From assembly GCF_009914755.1 (NCBI RefSeq), contig NC_060932.1: a stretch of DNA of 64,000 nt; one strand, given 5' to 3'. This document shows positions 42,001-56,689 of the stretch, in pieces; within the stretch, counting starts at the first letter, position 1, and each line of letters begins with the position of its first letter. The notes beneath the pieces are model-generated. The model was not told the origin of the DNA and made no database searches. It worked only from the letters and a program-made list of their open reading frames with translations. Source of the DNA: the human T2T-CHM13v2.0 reference genome, Homo sapiens. The position numbers and the translations under genes were made by a program.

Positions 42001-45000
42001 CGACTTCTTCCTGGTTTAGTCTTGGGAGGGTGTATGTGTCCAGGAATTTATCCATTTCTTCTAGGTTTTCTAGTTTATTTGCATAGAGGTGTTTATAGTA
42101 TTCTCTGATGGTAGTTTGTATTTCTGTGGGATCGGTGGTGATATTCCCTTTATCATTTTTTATTGTGTCTTTTTGATTCTTTTCTCTTTTCTTCTTTATT
42201 AGTCTGGCTAGCCATCTATCTATTTTGTTAATCTTTTCAAACAACCAGCTGCTGGATTCATTGATTTTTTTGAAGGGTTTTTTGTTTATCTCATTCAGTT
42301 CTTCTCTGATCTTAGTTAATTCCTTGTCTTCTGCTAGCTTTTTAATTTAAAAGAACTTTTCTAGTTCTTTTGTGATGTTAGGGTGTCGATTTTAGATCTT
42401 TCCTGCTTTCTCCTGTGGGCATTTAGTGCTATAAATTTCCCACTAAACACTGCTTTAGCTGTGTCCCAGAGATTCTGGTATGTTTTGTCTTTGTTCTCAT
42501 TGGTTTCAAATAACTTATTTGTTCCTGCCTTAATTTTGTTATCTACCCAGTAGTCATTCAGGAGCAGGTTGTTCACTTTCCATTTAGTTGTGCAGTTTTG
42601 AGTGAGTATCTTAATCCTGAGTTCTAATTTGATTGCACTGTGGTCTGAGAGACTGTTTGTTATGATTTCTGTTCTTTTGAATTTGCTGAGGAGTGTTTTA
42701 CTTCCAATTATGTGGTCAATTTTAGAATAAGTACTATGTGATGCTGAGAAGAATATATATTCTTTTGATTTGGGGTGGAGAGTTCTGTACCTGTCTATTA
42801 GGTTCACTTGGTCCAGAGCTGACTTCAAGTCCTGAATATCCTTGTTAATTTTCTGTCTCATTGATCTGTCTAATATTGACAGTGGAGTGTTAAGGTCTCC
42901 CACTGTTATCGTGTGAGACTCAAAGTCTCTTCGTAGGTCTCTAAGAATTTGCTTTCTGAATCTGGGTGCTCCTGTATTGGGTGCGTATAAATTTAGGATA
43001 GTTAGCTCCTCTTGTTGCATTGATCCCTTTACCATTATATAATGTCCTTCTTTGTCGTTTTTGATCTTTGTTGGCTTAAAGTCTGTTTTATCAGAGACTA
43101 GGATTGCAACCTCTGCTTTTTTTTTTTCTTTTTTTTGCTTTCCATTTAGTTGGTAAACATTCCTTCATCTTTTTATTTTGAGCCTATGTGTGTCTTTGCA
43201 TGTGAGATGGGTCTTCTGAATACAGCACACCGACGGCTCTTGACTCTTTATGCAATTGGCCATTCTGTGCCTTTTAATTGGGGCATTTAGCCCGTTTACA
43301 TTTAAGTTTAATATTGTTATGTGTGAATTTGATCCTTTCATTATGATGCTAGCTGGTTATTTTCCCCATTAGTTGATGCAGTTTCTTCATAGTGTTGATG
43401 GTCTTTACATTTTGGTTTGTTTTTGCAGTGGCTGGTACTGGTTTTTCCTTTCCATATTTAGTGCTTCCTTGAGGAGCTCTTGTAAGACAGGCCTGCTGGT
43501 GACAAAACCCCTCAGCATTTTCTGGTCTGTAAGAGATTCTATGTCTCCTTCACTTATGAAGTTTAGTTTGGCTGGATATGAAATTCTGGGTTAAAAATTC
43601 TTTTATTTAATAATGTTGAATCTTGGCCCCCCCCCCTCTTCTGGCTTGTAGGGTTTCTGCAGAGAGATCCACTGTTAATCTGATGGGCTTCCTTTTGTGG
43701 GTAACCCAACCTCTGTTTCTGGCTGCCCTTAACATTTTTTCCTTCATTTCAAACTTGGTGAATCTGATGATTATGTGTCTTGGGGTTGTTCTTCTCCAGG
43801 AGTATCTTTTGTGGTGTTCTCTGTATTTCCTGAATTTGAATGTTGGCCTGTCTTGCTAGACTGGGGAGGTTCTCCTGGATAATATCCTGAAGTGTGTTTT
43901 CCAACTTGGCTCCATTCTCCCCGTCACTTTCAGGTACACCAATCAAACGTAGGTTTGGCCTTTTCACATAGTCCCATAGTTCTTGGAGGCTTTGTTCATT
44001 CCTTTTCATTCTTTTTTCTCTAATCTTGTCTTCATGCTTTATTTCATTAAGTTGATCTTCAATCTCTGATATGATTTCTCCCACTTGATCAATTCTAGTA
44101 TTGATACTTGTATATGCTTCACGAAGTTTTTGTGCTGTGTTTTCAGCTCCATCAGTTCATTTATGTTCTTCTCTAAACTGGATATTCTAGTTAGCAATTC
44201 TTCTAACCTTTTATTAAGGTTCTTAGCTTCCTTGCATTGGGTTAGAACATGCTCCTTTAGCTCAGAGGAGTTTATTACCCACCTTCGGAAGCCTACTTCC
44301 ATCAATTTGTCAAACTCATTCTCTGTCTAGTTTTGTTTCTCTGCTGGTGAGGAGTTGTGATCCTTTGGAAGAGAAGCAGCATTCTAGTTTTTGGAATTTT
44401 CAGCCATTCTGTGCTGGGTTTTCCTCATCTTTGTGGATTTATCTACCTTTGGTCTTTGCTGTTGGTGACCTTCTAATCCTTTTTGTTGATGTTATTGCTT
44501 TCTGTTTGTTAGTTTTCCTTCTAACAGTCAGGACTCTCTTCTGCAGGTCTGCTGGAGTTTGCTGGGGGTCCACTCCACACCCTGTTTGCCTGGGTATCAC
44601 AAGGGGAGGCTGCAGAACAGCAAAAATTGCTGCCTGCTCCTTCCTCTGGAAGCTTCATCCCAGAGGGGAACCTGCCAGATGGCAGTTGGAGCTCTCCTGT
44701 ATGAGGTGTCTGTCAACCCCTGCTGGGAGGTGTATCCCAGTCAGGAGGCATGGGGGTCAGGGACCCACTTGAGGAGGCAGTCTGACCCTTAGCAGAGTTT
44801 GAATGCTGTGCTGGGAGAGCCGCTGCTCTCTTCAGAGCCAGGACGCAGGAACGCTTAAGTCTGCTGAAGCTGCACCCACAACTGCCTCTTCCCCCAGGTG
44901 CTCTGTCCCAGGGAGGTGGGAGTTTTATCTATAAGTCCCTGACTGGGGCTGCTGCCTTTCTTTCAGAAATGCCCTGCCCAGAGAGGAGGAATCTAGAGAG

Positions 45001-45744
45001 GCAGTCTGGCTACAGCGACTTTGCAGCTTGGCAGGGTTCTCTGCCCAGTCTGAACTTCTGGTGTCTTTGTTTACACTGCGAGTAGAAAACCGCCTACTCA
45101 AGCCTCAGTAATGGCAGACACCCCTCCCCCCACCAAGCTCAAGCATCCCAGGTTGACCAGACTGCTGTGCTGGCAGCTAGAATTTCCAGCCAGTGGATCT
45201 TAGCTTGCTGGGTTCTGTTGGGGTGGGATCCACTGGAGCAAGACCACTTGGCTGCCTGGCTTCAGCCCCCTTTCCAGGGGAGTGAATGGTTCTGTCTCGC
45301 TGATGTTCCAGGCGCCATTGGGGTACAAAAAAAGACTCCTGCAGCTAGCTCGGCGTCTGCCCAAATGGCGGCCCAGTTTTGTGCTTGAAACTCAGGTCCA
45401 TTGTGGTGTAGGTACCCGAGGGAATCTCCTGGTGTGTGGGTTGTGAAGACTGTGGGAAAAGCATAGTATCTCGGCCTGACAGCACCATCTCTCACAGCAC
45501 AGTCCCTCACGGCTTCCCTTGGCTAGGGGAGGGAGTTACCCAGCCCCTTTTGCTTCCTGGGTGAGGCAATGCCCCACCCTGCTTCTGCTCACCCTCCATG
45601 GGCTGCACCCACTGTCTAACCAGCCCCAATGAGACGAACCAAGTACCTCAGTTGGAAATGCAGAAATCACCCACCTTCTGCGTTGGTCTCGCTGGGAGCT
45701 GCAGACTGGAGCTGTCCTATCTGGCCATCTTGCCTGGGAATCCC
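39007..45744 (-). mobile_element. LINE-1 'L1-B', full-length L1PA7-like, ORF1 and ORF2 disrupted
   Basis: 5' end gggattcccaggcaagatggcc on the minus strand; ORF1 remnants about 44428-43405; ORF2 remnants from about 43341; 17-bp TSD cagtttccatat(a/c)tttt at 38990-39006 and 45745-45761 with a TT|AAAA endonuclease site on the minus strand. Confidence 0.96.
39343..39642 (-). mobile_element. AluSc-like element inside L1-B; same insertion site and sequence as 3301-3600
   Basis: TSD gaactcattctttttt at 39327-39342 and 39643-39658; its reverse complement matches 3301-3600 except at 3360. Confidence 0.95.
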
Positions 45745-46313
45745 CAGTTTCCATATCTTTTAATCTAGGCAACATTTTGCTTCACTAGACATGGAAAATA
45801 CATCTGTGGTATATTAAAGTGATGAATGCACATTGGTGTAGTAATCTCAGCAGGCTTCAGTCATTTTTTTGTTAGATATTAATTTCTTGAAGGAAAAGAA
45901 AATAGATTATTTTGGATATATGATCTGTCTTCTAGGAGAAGTACTAATTAATCCCGAAAAACAGATGTACTGTAAAGAAAATCAATAAAAGCTCTCTAAA
46001 AACTCACAGACTCAGGGATTAGATTTGTCCAATATTTCTTTGTTACATTGAATAAACTCTCCACTTCATGATTCAAAATCAATAATAAACTGTATTACTT
46101 ATGTATAAACAAACTCACTGTGAGGGATTTCACTCTTCATATATGTTTTATAGATGAATTTTAGAAGCAGCCTACTTGTTTGTAGATTATGAAAATATTA
46201 CTTTAACATACAAATAGGAATACAGAATATTTGAATAACAACAATATTAGAATATAGCTAAATGTGCTACGAAAATACTACTGTTCACTCATTCAGCAAA
46301 TAGTTATTGAATA

Positions 46314-46460
46314 CTGTCCTGAGCTTTTCCTGCTGCTATAACAAAATTTCTTAGACTGAATAATTTATAAAGTCCTGAAATTGATTTTTCATAGTTCCGG
46401 AGGCTGGGAAGCTCAACGTCAAGGTGCTGGCAGATTTAGTGTCTGACGAGGGCTGTCTTC
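46314..46460 (-). mobile_element. MaLR (MST/MLT1) LTR 3' fragment
   Basis: gctgctataacaaaat...agactgaataatttataaa...catagttccggaggctgggaag...tcaaggtgctggcagattt. Confidence 0.7.
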
Positions 46461-47844
46461 ATTCCAGCCAATCAGAAGAGGAAAAGAGCACAGATGCTCA
46501 AACATGCAATTTTTCATGAGCCAAGTTTGAAAGAGGTATAAATCTTGTATACTCACATCCCATTGGTCAATTCCATCTTAACGTATCACCCACTTAAAAG
46601 GGGATGAGAAATGTGGCTTCTGGCTGAGTGTTCATTTTCCAGCATTGTCTTACATTACGAAAGTGGAAAAAGGGAATTTTGTGAACAGCAAAACGTGGCT
46701 CCTCCAACTTCAACCTTCTTGAGTTTTGTAAGGTTGGTGGACTGGACAGGAATTTTTTTTTAATATTTTTATTCCTTCGTAATATTTATTGCCTCGTAAT
46801 ATTTATTCCCTTTTCTGTCTTGTATGGTTTTGGCATCTGAATTTTCCTAGTGTTACAGAATAAAATTGAGAGTTTGCCCTCTCTTTCTGTACCTTAGAAT
46901 TATTCATAGAAAGTATATTGCTCTGTTCTGTGACAACTTGGAAGAACAACTCTGTAAAACAATTTCAGCCAATTGTTTACTTAATAAAGAATTTTTAAAC
47001 TGATTCCAGTGATATTTTGGTTTTCTATTTATTTCTTTTTTATTCAATTTTGGTAAAATATTCTTAGCTATTTGGACATTTTATCTCAATTTTCTAATTT
47101 TATGGCAAAATAGCCTTTTATTACCCTGTCAATCTCTGTTGAATAGATGGTATGTCACTTTTTCATTTTTACAATTATTTATTCTGGAATTTCTCTTCCT
47201 TTTTTCTCCTAGATCTAGCTCAAGATAGGCCTATCACGATTTTGTTTGTTTGTTTTGTTTCTTTGTTTCAGCTTTTCAGAGGACAAAATTTTCACATTAA
47301 TATTTTTATTTTTCATATACCTATTTTATTATCTTTATGATCTCCTTTATTAATTTGGATAATTGCGTTTTACTTTTTCTAAATTACTCTGTTGAACATT
47401 TTAAAATATAGTACCCATGGTATCATTTAGTTTAAAATACCCGATGAATCTATAACGTTAGTTATTCTTAAACCATAAATTGTTTAGTGTACATGTAGCT
47501 TTAATTTCTAACGTGTTGTTGGTATTTTCCTCTTTGTTGCTAAATATTAATTATTTATTTTATGGTTTGACAACATAGCTAGGATTTTGCTGATTCTATG
47601 TATTGTGTAGCAACTAGTCTTATGAACTAATACAACATAGATTTTTATAATAGTTCATATAACTCTAAAATATGTATATTTCCTAAATTAAGACTACAAT
47701 TATTAAAAAACAAAAAATTACAATTATATTTATATGAAATAAGTTTGTTAATCATGTTTAAATTTCTATTTTACCATTTTTATGTTCTTGCCTCCCTAAT
47801 CAATAATGGGGACAGGGAATTCTTCTGCTGTCAGAATATACAAA

Positions 47845-47882
47845 CGCACGCGCACGCACAGACACACACACACACACACACA
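47845..47882. repeat. (CG/CA)n microsatellite
   Basis: cgcacgcgcacgcacagacacacaca... run. Confidence 0.85.
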
Positions 47883-47892
47883 ATTTTATTTT

Positions 47893-48185
47893 GGTCAGGA
47901 ACCATGAATCACACCTATAATCCCAGCACTGTAGAAGGCCAAAGTAGGAGGACTATTTGATCCTAGGAATTTGAGACCAGCCTAGCCAACATAGCAAGAT
48001 CCCATCTCTACAAAAAATTAAAATTAAATATTAGCCAGCTGTGCTGGCACCTGTAGACCCAGGTAGCCGGGAGGCTGAAGTGGAAAAATTGCTTCGGCCA
48101 GGGGAGTCTCTGTTGCAGTGAGCCCTGATCACACCACCGCACTCAGCCTGGGTAACAAAGCAAGACCCTATTCCCCCCCAAAAAT
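47893..48185 (+). mobile_element. AluJ
   Basis: ggaggactatttgatcctaggaatttgagaccagcc...aacatagcaagatccc; heavily decayed. Confidence 0.85.
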
Positions 48186-48295
48186 TTTTAAATTTCTAGG
48201 TTTTCAATAACCTCACATTATTTTACATGTGGCTACAAATTTAGATTAGTATATCCTTCAAGAAAAATGATTACTATACCATTTTGTAATACCTC

Positions 48296-48604
<309 letters not shown>

Positions 48605-48896
48605 TCTTAATAGCTTTTTATCCCTCTTAATGATTTTCTCCTAAAGTCAATTTTTCTAATATTACCAAGTTATCCAGTTTATGTTGTTATCATTTGTGTT
48701 ACATATTTTTAAACCACTTTTCTCTGTTGTTTTGACGTGTGTTTTTGTAAACGGCACATACTAGAACTTAGTTCTCAAGTATAATCTGATAATCCTGCCT
48801 TTTAACTAATAAATGTTTTCATTTTCATTTATTATAATCAGTAATAACTGATAGAGTGAGACTTGTTTTTACTATAATTTTAAAATGTAGGTTTTG

Positions 48897-49200
48897 GGCC
48901 AGGTGCAGTGGCTCACGCCTGTAATCCCAGTACTTTGGGAGGCCGAGGGAGGCAGATCATGAGGTCAGAAGATCGAGACCATCCTGGCTAACATGGCGAA
49001 ACCCGTCTCTACTAAAAATACAAAACATTAGCCAGGCATGGTGGTGGGTGCCTGTAAGTCCCAGCTACTCAGGAGGCTGAGGCAGGAGAATGGCGTGAAC
49101 CCAGGAGGCGGAGCTTGCAGTGAGCTGAAATCACGCCACTGCACTCCAGCCTGGGCCACCAAAGGAGACTCTCTCTCAAAAAATTAAAAAAAAAAATAAA
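48897..49200 (+). mobile_element. AluY
   Basis: gatcgagaccatcctggctaac and gaatggcgtgaaccc; TSD aaa(t/g)gtaggttt. Confidence 0.93.
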
Positions 49201-50743
49201 GGTAGGTTTCTTTCTATTTTCTGTCTTTCCTTTTCTCTTTCTAGTATAATTAGGGTTTTTGTTTGTTGTTACTTTGTTACTTTTTGTTGTTGAAATTCAA
49301 TAACTTAGATGTTACTATTCTTATTTTGGTTACACTTGATATTTTATATTGCACACTTAAGTTAACCAAGTATAAAATAAAATTATACTCGCTTTCACAA
49401 AATATAAAATCTTAGGTATTTTAATTCTTATTTCTTTCTCTTGAGTTACGACTTGTTGGGTTTTTTCTGTCCAATATTTTAATTTCGTCTTTCCAAGAAC
49501 ATAGAATTTTAGACATCATTGCTTTTCTTCTCTTCAACGATATTTGTTTTTATTTACAAGCAAGTTTATAAGTTTGTTTGCTTGCCATTTCCTCCTTTAT
49601 CTCAGATATTCCTCCTGGGATCATTTTCCTTCTTCTTGAAGTGTGTTCCTTATAACTTTTCACATTAAAATCTGTTGTGGCTATATTACAATACCTTATT
49701 CATCATAATTGCTGAAAAAGTAACTACTTAGAGCTGTTTATCTCCACACTATTCCATTGCCTCTGCCACTTATTGTTCCTCTTGAGAGTCCTCTGTGTGT
49801 TAATTTTCAGGCTTTTCTGAGTAACACATAGTTTGTTTTCATTCTCTGCTTGCTTTTAAGAATTTCTGCTTTGATGTCCTGCAGTTAAGGACTACTTCCT
49901 CCCCTCCCAGGTTTCAGTGGAAACCATTTGAAGGACAGGACTTGACAACAGTCCTGGAGTAACAGGTTTTCCACCCAACCCCACTGAGACAGAATCAAAC
50001 AAGAGTGGGGGCTTCACCCTGCCCAGCAATGAAATGGTCAAGGCTCACAAACACACAGGAAGCCAGTGAAGGCCATGTGCGTAACAACTAGTGAGACACT
50101 TTCACCTTTCCCAGCAAGAAAGGTAGCAATGGCAACTAGTGAGGAGCCAGAAATCCTACCCTGGCCAGAAGTTACAAGCAGTAACCCTCACTGGGTGTCA
50201 ACAGAGGAACCTGGATTTCTACCCTCACCTGATGGTAGTGAGTAGCACCTGTCCTTCACATATTAAACAGTGTCAAGAGAAATAGCTAAAATAAGGAAAT
50301 GAGTTAGACTACGCTATATAACATAACTTCCAAAGCGTACAAATTTCAATGAAAAAACTCATTCATCATACCAAGAACCAGGGAGTTCTCAATAGAATGT
50401 TTAAAAATGAATAGATACCAACACTGAGATGACAGATAATTGGAATTACATTATAAAGATTTTAAATAGCCATTCTAAAAAATGAAAAATTGTGAACACA
50501 ATTGAAACAAAATAAAGAAGCCTCATCAAATAGAAAGTCTGAGCAAAAAAATTAGAAGATATAAAAAGGAACCAAATGGAAATTTTAGAACTGAAAAGTA
50601 TAACCACAATAAAACACACACATGAACATACACACAATAGATGAGCTTAACAGCAAAACGGAGGAGACAGGAAAAAAAGTGGAAAAAATATAGAACAATA
50701 GAAATAATATTGTTCTAAATAGAGAACAATAGAAATTGCCCAT

Positions 50744-51281
50744 TGTGTAATATTGAGTGTCAACCTGATTGGATTGAAGGATGCAAAGTACTGTTCCTGG
50801 GTGTGTCTGTGGGGATGTGTTCAAAGGAGATTAACATTTGAGTCAGTGGAGTGGAAGAGGCAGACCCACCCTCTATCTGGGTGGGCACCATCTAGTCAGC
50901 TGGCAGCACAGCTAGAATAAAGCAGACAGAAGTTGGAAGAGCAGACTTGCTGAGTCTTCTGGTCATCATCTTGCTCCTTTGCTGGATGCTTCCTGCCCTT
51001 GAACATCAGACTCCAAGTTCTTCAGCTTTTGGTCTTTGGGACCCACACCAGTGATTTGCCAGGGGCTCTTGGGCCTTCGGCCACAGACTGAAGGCTGCAC
51101 TGTCAGTTCCTCATTTTTGAGGTTTGGGACTCGGACTGGCTTCCAGGCTCCTCAGCTTGCAGACAGCCTATTGTGGGACTTCATCTTGTGATCGTGTCAG
51201 TCAATTCTCCTTAATAAAGTCCCTTTCATATAGACGTCTATCCTATTAGTCCTGTCCCTCTAGAGAACCCTGACTAATACG
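50744..51281 (+). mobile_element. MLT2A-like (ERVL) solo LTR
   Basis: gagtgtcaacctgattggattgaaggatgcaaagta...ctagagaaccctgactaatac; 5-bp TSD cccat at 50739-50743 and 51282-51286. Confidence 0.9.
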
Positions 51282-52858
51282 CCCATTCTAGAACACAGAG
51301 GGAAAAAGCATACTGAATATAACCTTAGGAACTAGTAAAAATATAAGAAAAAAATAACATTTACATTATTAGAGGTCCAGAATGAAAAGAAAAAAAGTTG
51401 GTCTAAAAAAGCACTCAAATAATGATTAAAATTTTTCCCAAATGGCAAGAGACACAAAACCCACAGATTCAAAAAACTGAATGAACCCCAAAGAAATTCA
51501 CTCATTATAGTCATAGAGTGAAAAATATAAAGATAGAAAAATACCTGAAAGTGGTGACAGAGTAGTAACACCTTACCTATAGATAAAAAGTGATTCTAAT
51601 TACAGTGGATTTGTTCCTGGAAATTGTAAAGACCAGAAGGAAGTATTACATTTCTCAAGTGCTAAAAAATGTCAAACCAGAATTCTGTGTCCTGTAATAA
51701 TATCATTCTGAATTAAAGAAAAAAATCAAAATATTATGAGACAAAAGTATATCAAGAGAATATGTCTCTAGAAGGCCTATTTTAAAGAATAGCTAAAGGA
51801 AATCATCTGAAAAGAAACAAAATGACTAAAAAAGGAAACTTAAATCACAGGGAAATAAGAAAAAAGATGGTAATAAAAAATATAGGTAAATATAATACTT
51901 TTTTTCTTCTCTTTATAGTTGAAGCAAATATTATGGCATAGTTTGATGTCATTCCAACCATATATATATGTATATAGTATAGACAAAATACTTAAGAGAA
52001 TTATATAATAAATGGAGAAAGGTAAAGAAATTTAAATGAGGGTAAGGTTCCTATAAATCAGTCAAACTGGTAATATAACAGCAGTACATAATGTTAAGTT
52101 GTGTCTGTATAAAGACCTAGAGAAACCACTAAAAACACTATACAAAGAGATACATTCGAAAACGCTAGCAATATATCACAATAGAATTTGGGACCAAAAT
52201 TTAACTCAAAAGAAGACAAGAAAAAACACAGAGAAACAGGAAATATAGAGACCAAATAGAAAACAAAAATAAAATGGCAAAATTAAGTCCTAGTATAGCA
52301 ATAATTACACTTAACACAAATGGTCCAAATACACGGATTAAAAGACAGTGTTATAACACATGACCAAACTGTACGCTTCCTACAAGAAACACACTTCAAA
52401 TATAATAGTTTATGAAGGTTCAAAGTAAAAGAATAGAAAAATGATGTATCATGCACGCATTAATCAAAGGAAAACAGGAGTGGCTACATTAATCAGACAG
52501 GGATACTGAAGACTGACAAAAGGGTCAATCCACCAAGAGGACATAGCAATCTTAAATGTGTATGCCCCAAACAACAAAGCTGAAAAATATATTAAGCCAA
52601 TCCTAATCTAACTGAAAGAAGAAATAGACAAATCCAAATTAAAGTGAGAGTTCAACATCCTTCACTCAATTAACAGACCAACTTAAAAATAGCAATGATA
52701 TAGGAGAAATCAACAACATCATCAACCAACAGGATTTAACCAATATTTGTAGAACACTCCACCCAAAAACAAAAGAATACACATTCTTTTAATGTGTCGA
52801 ATGGAGTATTCACCAAGATAGACCACGTATGAAACAAATTTTAAAAATAGAAATTATA

Positions 52859-53170
<312 letters not shown>

Positions 53171-54339
53171 GAAATTATACAGAGTGTGTTCTCTACCCAA
53201 AAGGAAATCAAACGAGAAATTATAACAGAAAGATTACAGAGAAGTCTCCACACATTTGAGAACTAAATATGATACATCTAAAACATTCAGAATAAAAATG
53301 GAAGCCTCAAATACATTTTTAAAAGACAGAATGAAAATTAAAAAGAAATATATCAAAACGTGTAGGGTAGAGCTAAAGCAGAGCTGACAGGGACATTTAA
53401 AGCATGAAATGAATACATTCAAACACAGAAAAAGCCTCAAATCAATAATATCAGCTTCTACCTCAAGAACTTAGGGAAGAAATGAGCAAATAAAGCCAAA
53501 ACAATTAAAAGGAAGTAAATAACAAAGATAATAACACCCCCATGCCTCAGCCGAAGCTCGACCGGTGCAACTTCATCTAATTCACCTGTATCTTGCCCAT
53601 CCCAGCTCCACTGAACCCAAATATGTCATGCTTTCATACACCAGTGAGCCCATGAGTGTGCCACTTCCTCAGCTTAGAATGCACACCCACCATTGTCTAC
53701 TTGGTTAATTATTCATCAACCTGCAAGATTTCAAAGCCCTCAGAAGGGTTCTTTATCACAGGCTACAGCACACTGCAGAGTAACTGATTTCTTACCTTTT
53801 TCTTCCTCTTTGACTCAAAGCCATCTGAGAACAGATATTGCCGTCAAATTTATTAAACAAAAGATAAATATCAAAGCATATAAACACATTAGGGTGTGAT
53901 AAGTGCTTCTGAGCAAAAGCTTCCAGATGCATTAGATACACTTAATAAATTATTATTGAAATAATTGCATTAAAGATACACTTTGCAGTCATGCAAATTG
54001 ATACAACGATAATAAGGAGGAGCATCTATAAACACAAAATTATAGTTTCGCCAAAGTTTCTTCATAATCATCAGTGGATTTTTTCATACACAATTACCTT
54101 CAACCTTCATTTTCTTGTCAAATTAATGTTTAAATATTTAAATTTAAATTTGAATTTTAAATGGAAATATAAGCACATTGAATCCTATTAATAATATAAT
54201 TCCCACAATGAAAATATCACATATCTCCTACATACACACACAGAGCCATAAAACATTTCTAAGGAATGTATGTAAATATCGATGCTATCACTGTGTATAT
54301 GACCATATGTGCATATTACAGGCTTACATAGGAAGGCAG

Positions 54340-54520
54340 AGACCACAGAATATAATGGTGCACAAACTAGTTTTGAGGGCATGAGATCTGGAGTTGAACC
54401 CCATTTCTATTACTTACTATTGATAGAACCTTCCTGAGCATGATTTGCCACCTTAAAAACGTGGGCACAGTACTCAATGCCTATCTTATAATATTATGAA
54501 AACATTTTAAAGATGACACC
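54340..54520 (+). mobile_element. MIR
   Basis: agatctggagttgaaccccatttctattacttactattg resembles the MIR B-box/core. Confidence 0.55.
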
Positions 54521-55517
54521 CGTGAGTTTTTTTACCAATTATTATATTGATGTCACGTGATACTACTGGAACTATATTTATTGGTAAATGAAGCTCCTTT
54601 TCAAACTTTATCCAATTTCTCTCTCACTCACACTTATTTCCAACTTGTTTTGTCATATTATGCTGTAAATTAGGTGATTAAATCTTTTTTCACTTTGAAA
54701 AATATGGTGAGTCATTTATAGAAACATTTGTAAGACTGATCACTGGGGTAGCTCATAAATGATTTCCAGCTTATACTCCTTTTGTCTGCCCATCATTCAT
54801 AGACAATTTAAAATATCACTGGCCAATTTAACATTTATTAAATAACCCAATGCCTCATCATTTACCTTGAATGAGAGTGGGGTAACCTTTTTTAATAGGA
54901 ATGTTAGAAATTCCTGGACCCATGGTTCCTATTTGGCTAGCTCCTGTAAAAAGCCTGGAGAAATAGTTGCTTTAAAGCATTATATTATTGCACTGTATTT
55001 TGAAAGAGCATTAAGAGGGCACTGCAGATATATCTAAGAAATGACAAATACAATGGAAAGAATATTTTTGAGAATTTTTAACACCTTAAAATCTTAGAGA
55101 AAGTAGCTAGGAAAATCATCTCTTAAGCTTTTGTCATTAATAAATAAATGAGTAATGTCATTACTCATTTGACCTTAGAACTGCATATTTCAACCAAATG
55201 ACCGTGTTGCTTAAGGCTGCAGAGCTAAGATGCTCGGAATGTCCCTTATCAATCATCCTCAGAACTGTCAAATAAATTTATACTGTAGAATCACTATCAT
55301 CAGCTTTGAAATCTGAGAGAAGAACACAGCTTGAGTTTTCAGATTGCAGGTTAAAACTCTGGGAAAAGTCTTTTCATTTATAAGCTAATCTTTGAAATTC
55401 AATTCAAGTTAAATTCATATTTGCCGTTGCACATGAGTATATTGAATGTTTTAGTTACCTTTCCTGGTCTGCCACCAGCAAGCTAGAGAAGACCTCTGTT
55501 TTGCGGGTTGGGATCTG

Positions 55518-55548
<31 letters not shown>

Positions 55549-55615
55549 ATATAAAAATGTATATATATAAATATTATATAATATGTAATATGTATAAATA
55601 ATACATATATATATT
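55518..55615. repeat. Poly-A plus (AT)n low-complexity tract
   Basis: A-run followed by degenerate TA repeats. Confidence 0.9.
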
Positions 55616-55932
55616 TCCTATTTTGTGGACCCTGCAAATGTCTGAACCCTCTAAGCTCTGAACGATTACTGCTATAAATACTCTTCAGTGAGAAAATATA
55701 CCTTTTATATAAAATGATACTTTTCTTTATTACACAAAACTTACTCGTCTTTGCAAAACTGTAATCTAAAATAAGCACCAAAAATGGAAAGAAAGCATTC
55801 CTCCTGTTTCTGCAGAGTATCAGTGCCTTAGTATACCCTTTATCGTTTCTCTAGAGGAAGACACACAGTGTTGCATTTATCTGCTCTATTTAATTAATAT
55901 ATTGTGAACCAGCTAATACGTTCTTAGTGATG

Positions 55933-56059
55933 ATTTGGGGGAAGTTCTGGGATAGAGAGTTTTTTGAGTAAGTTCACATGGAGCTAATGGGTCCTCATTC
56001 ATGTCGTTGTTCTGATTCTATTTATGCTGTCCTTGAATACTATACTAGGATCCTTGGCC
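55933..56059 (+). repeat. 127-bp direct repeat, copy 1
   Basis: Matches 58710-58836 with 4 mismatches. Confidence 0.95.
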
Positions 56060-56689
56060 TGTGTTTTCCTCCAGAAGAAAGTCAAGGCAGAACAGCCTGT
56101 CTTCTGACACCGAATAAATTCTCTGAAGCTTCTGCCTTTCTGACACCAAGGTCCTTATGCCGTAGATGCCCCTGGACTCCCTGTATTCCCATCATTCTGC
56201 ATTATCTTGAGGTCTTGCTTCATTTCTCTTGTAAGTTTTGCTTCTAACTTTGCAACGTGCATCTTACACTACCCCTGTCCGCAAACTTCCCAGCCCTCCT
56301 TTCCTCATTGCAGCTGATGATGGGACACGGCTGTTCCCACAGAAATGCTCCATCTTCCCATCGCTGACAGACAAGCACAGCGTCTTTCTATTCTGCAGTA
56401 GGATGAAGCTCCCTTCCTGTCACTAACCATAAATACCCGACCCCACCTCCTCTCCCTGCCCAGTGACTTCTCTTCCTGTTTTCCCTCTCTCCTTCCCTGA
56501 TCTCTCATCCATTAAACTGTCCCAACCTAGCCCACAAACAGCTCACTCTTCCCCAGCTTCAAATAACAGCCCTCACTGATCCCCAAGTGTGTTCAGAGAT
56601 ATTCATCCGATCCTCCTGCTACAAGCTCCATGACTCAGCCTCCCCACACTGTGCCCAGCACAGAGAGCCCAGGCATCGACAGATCCCAG

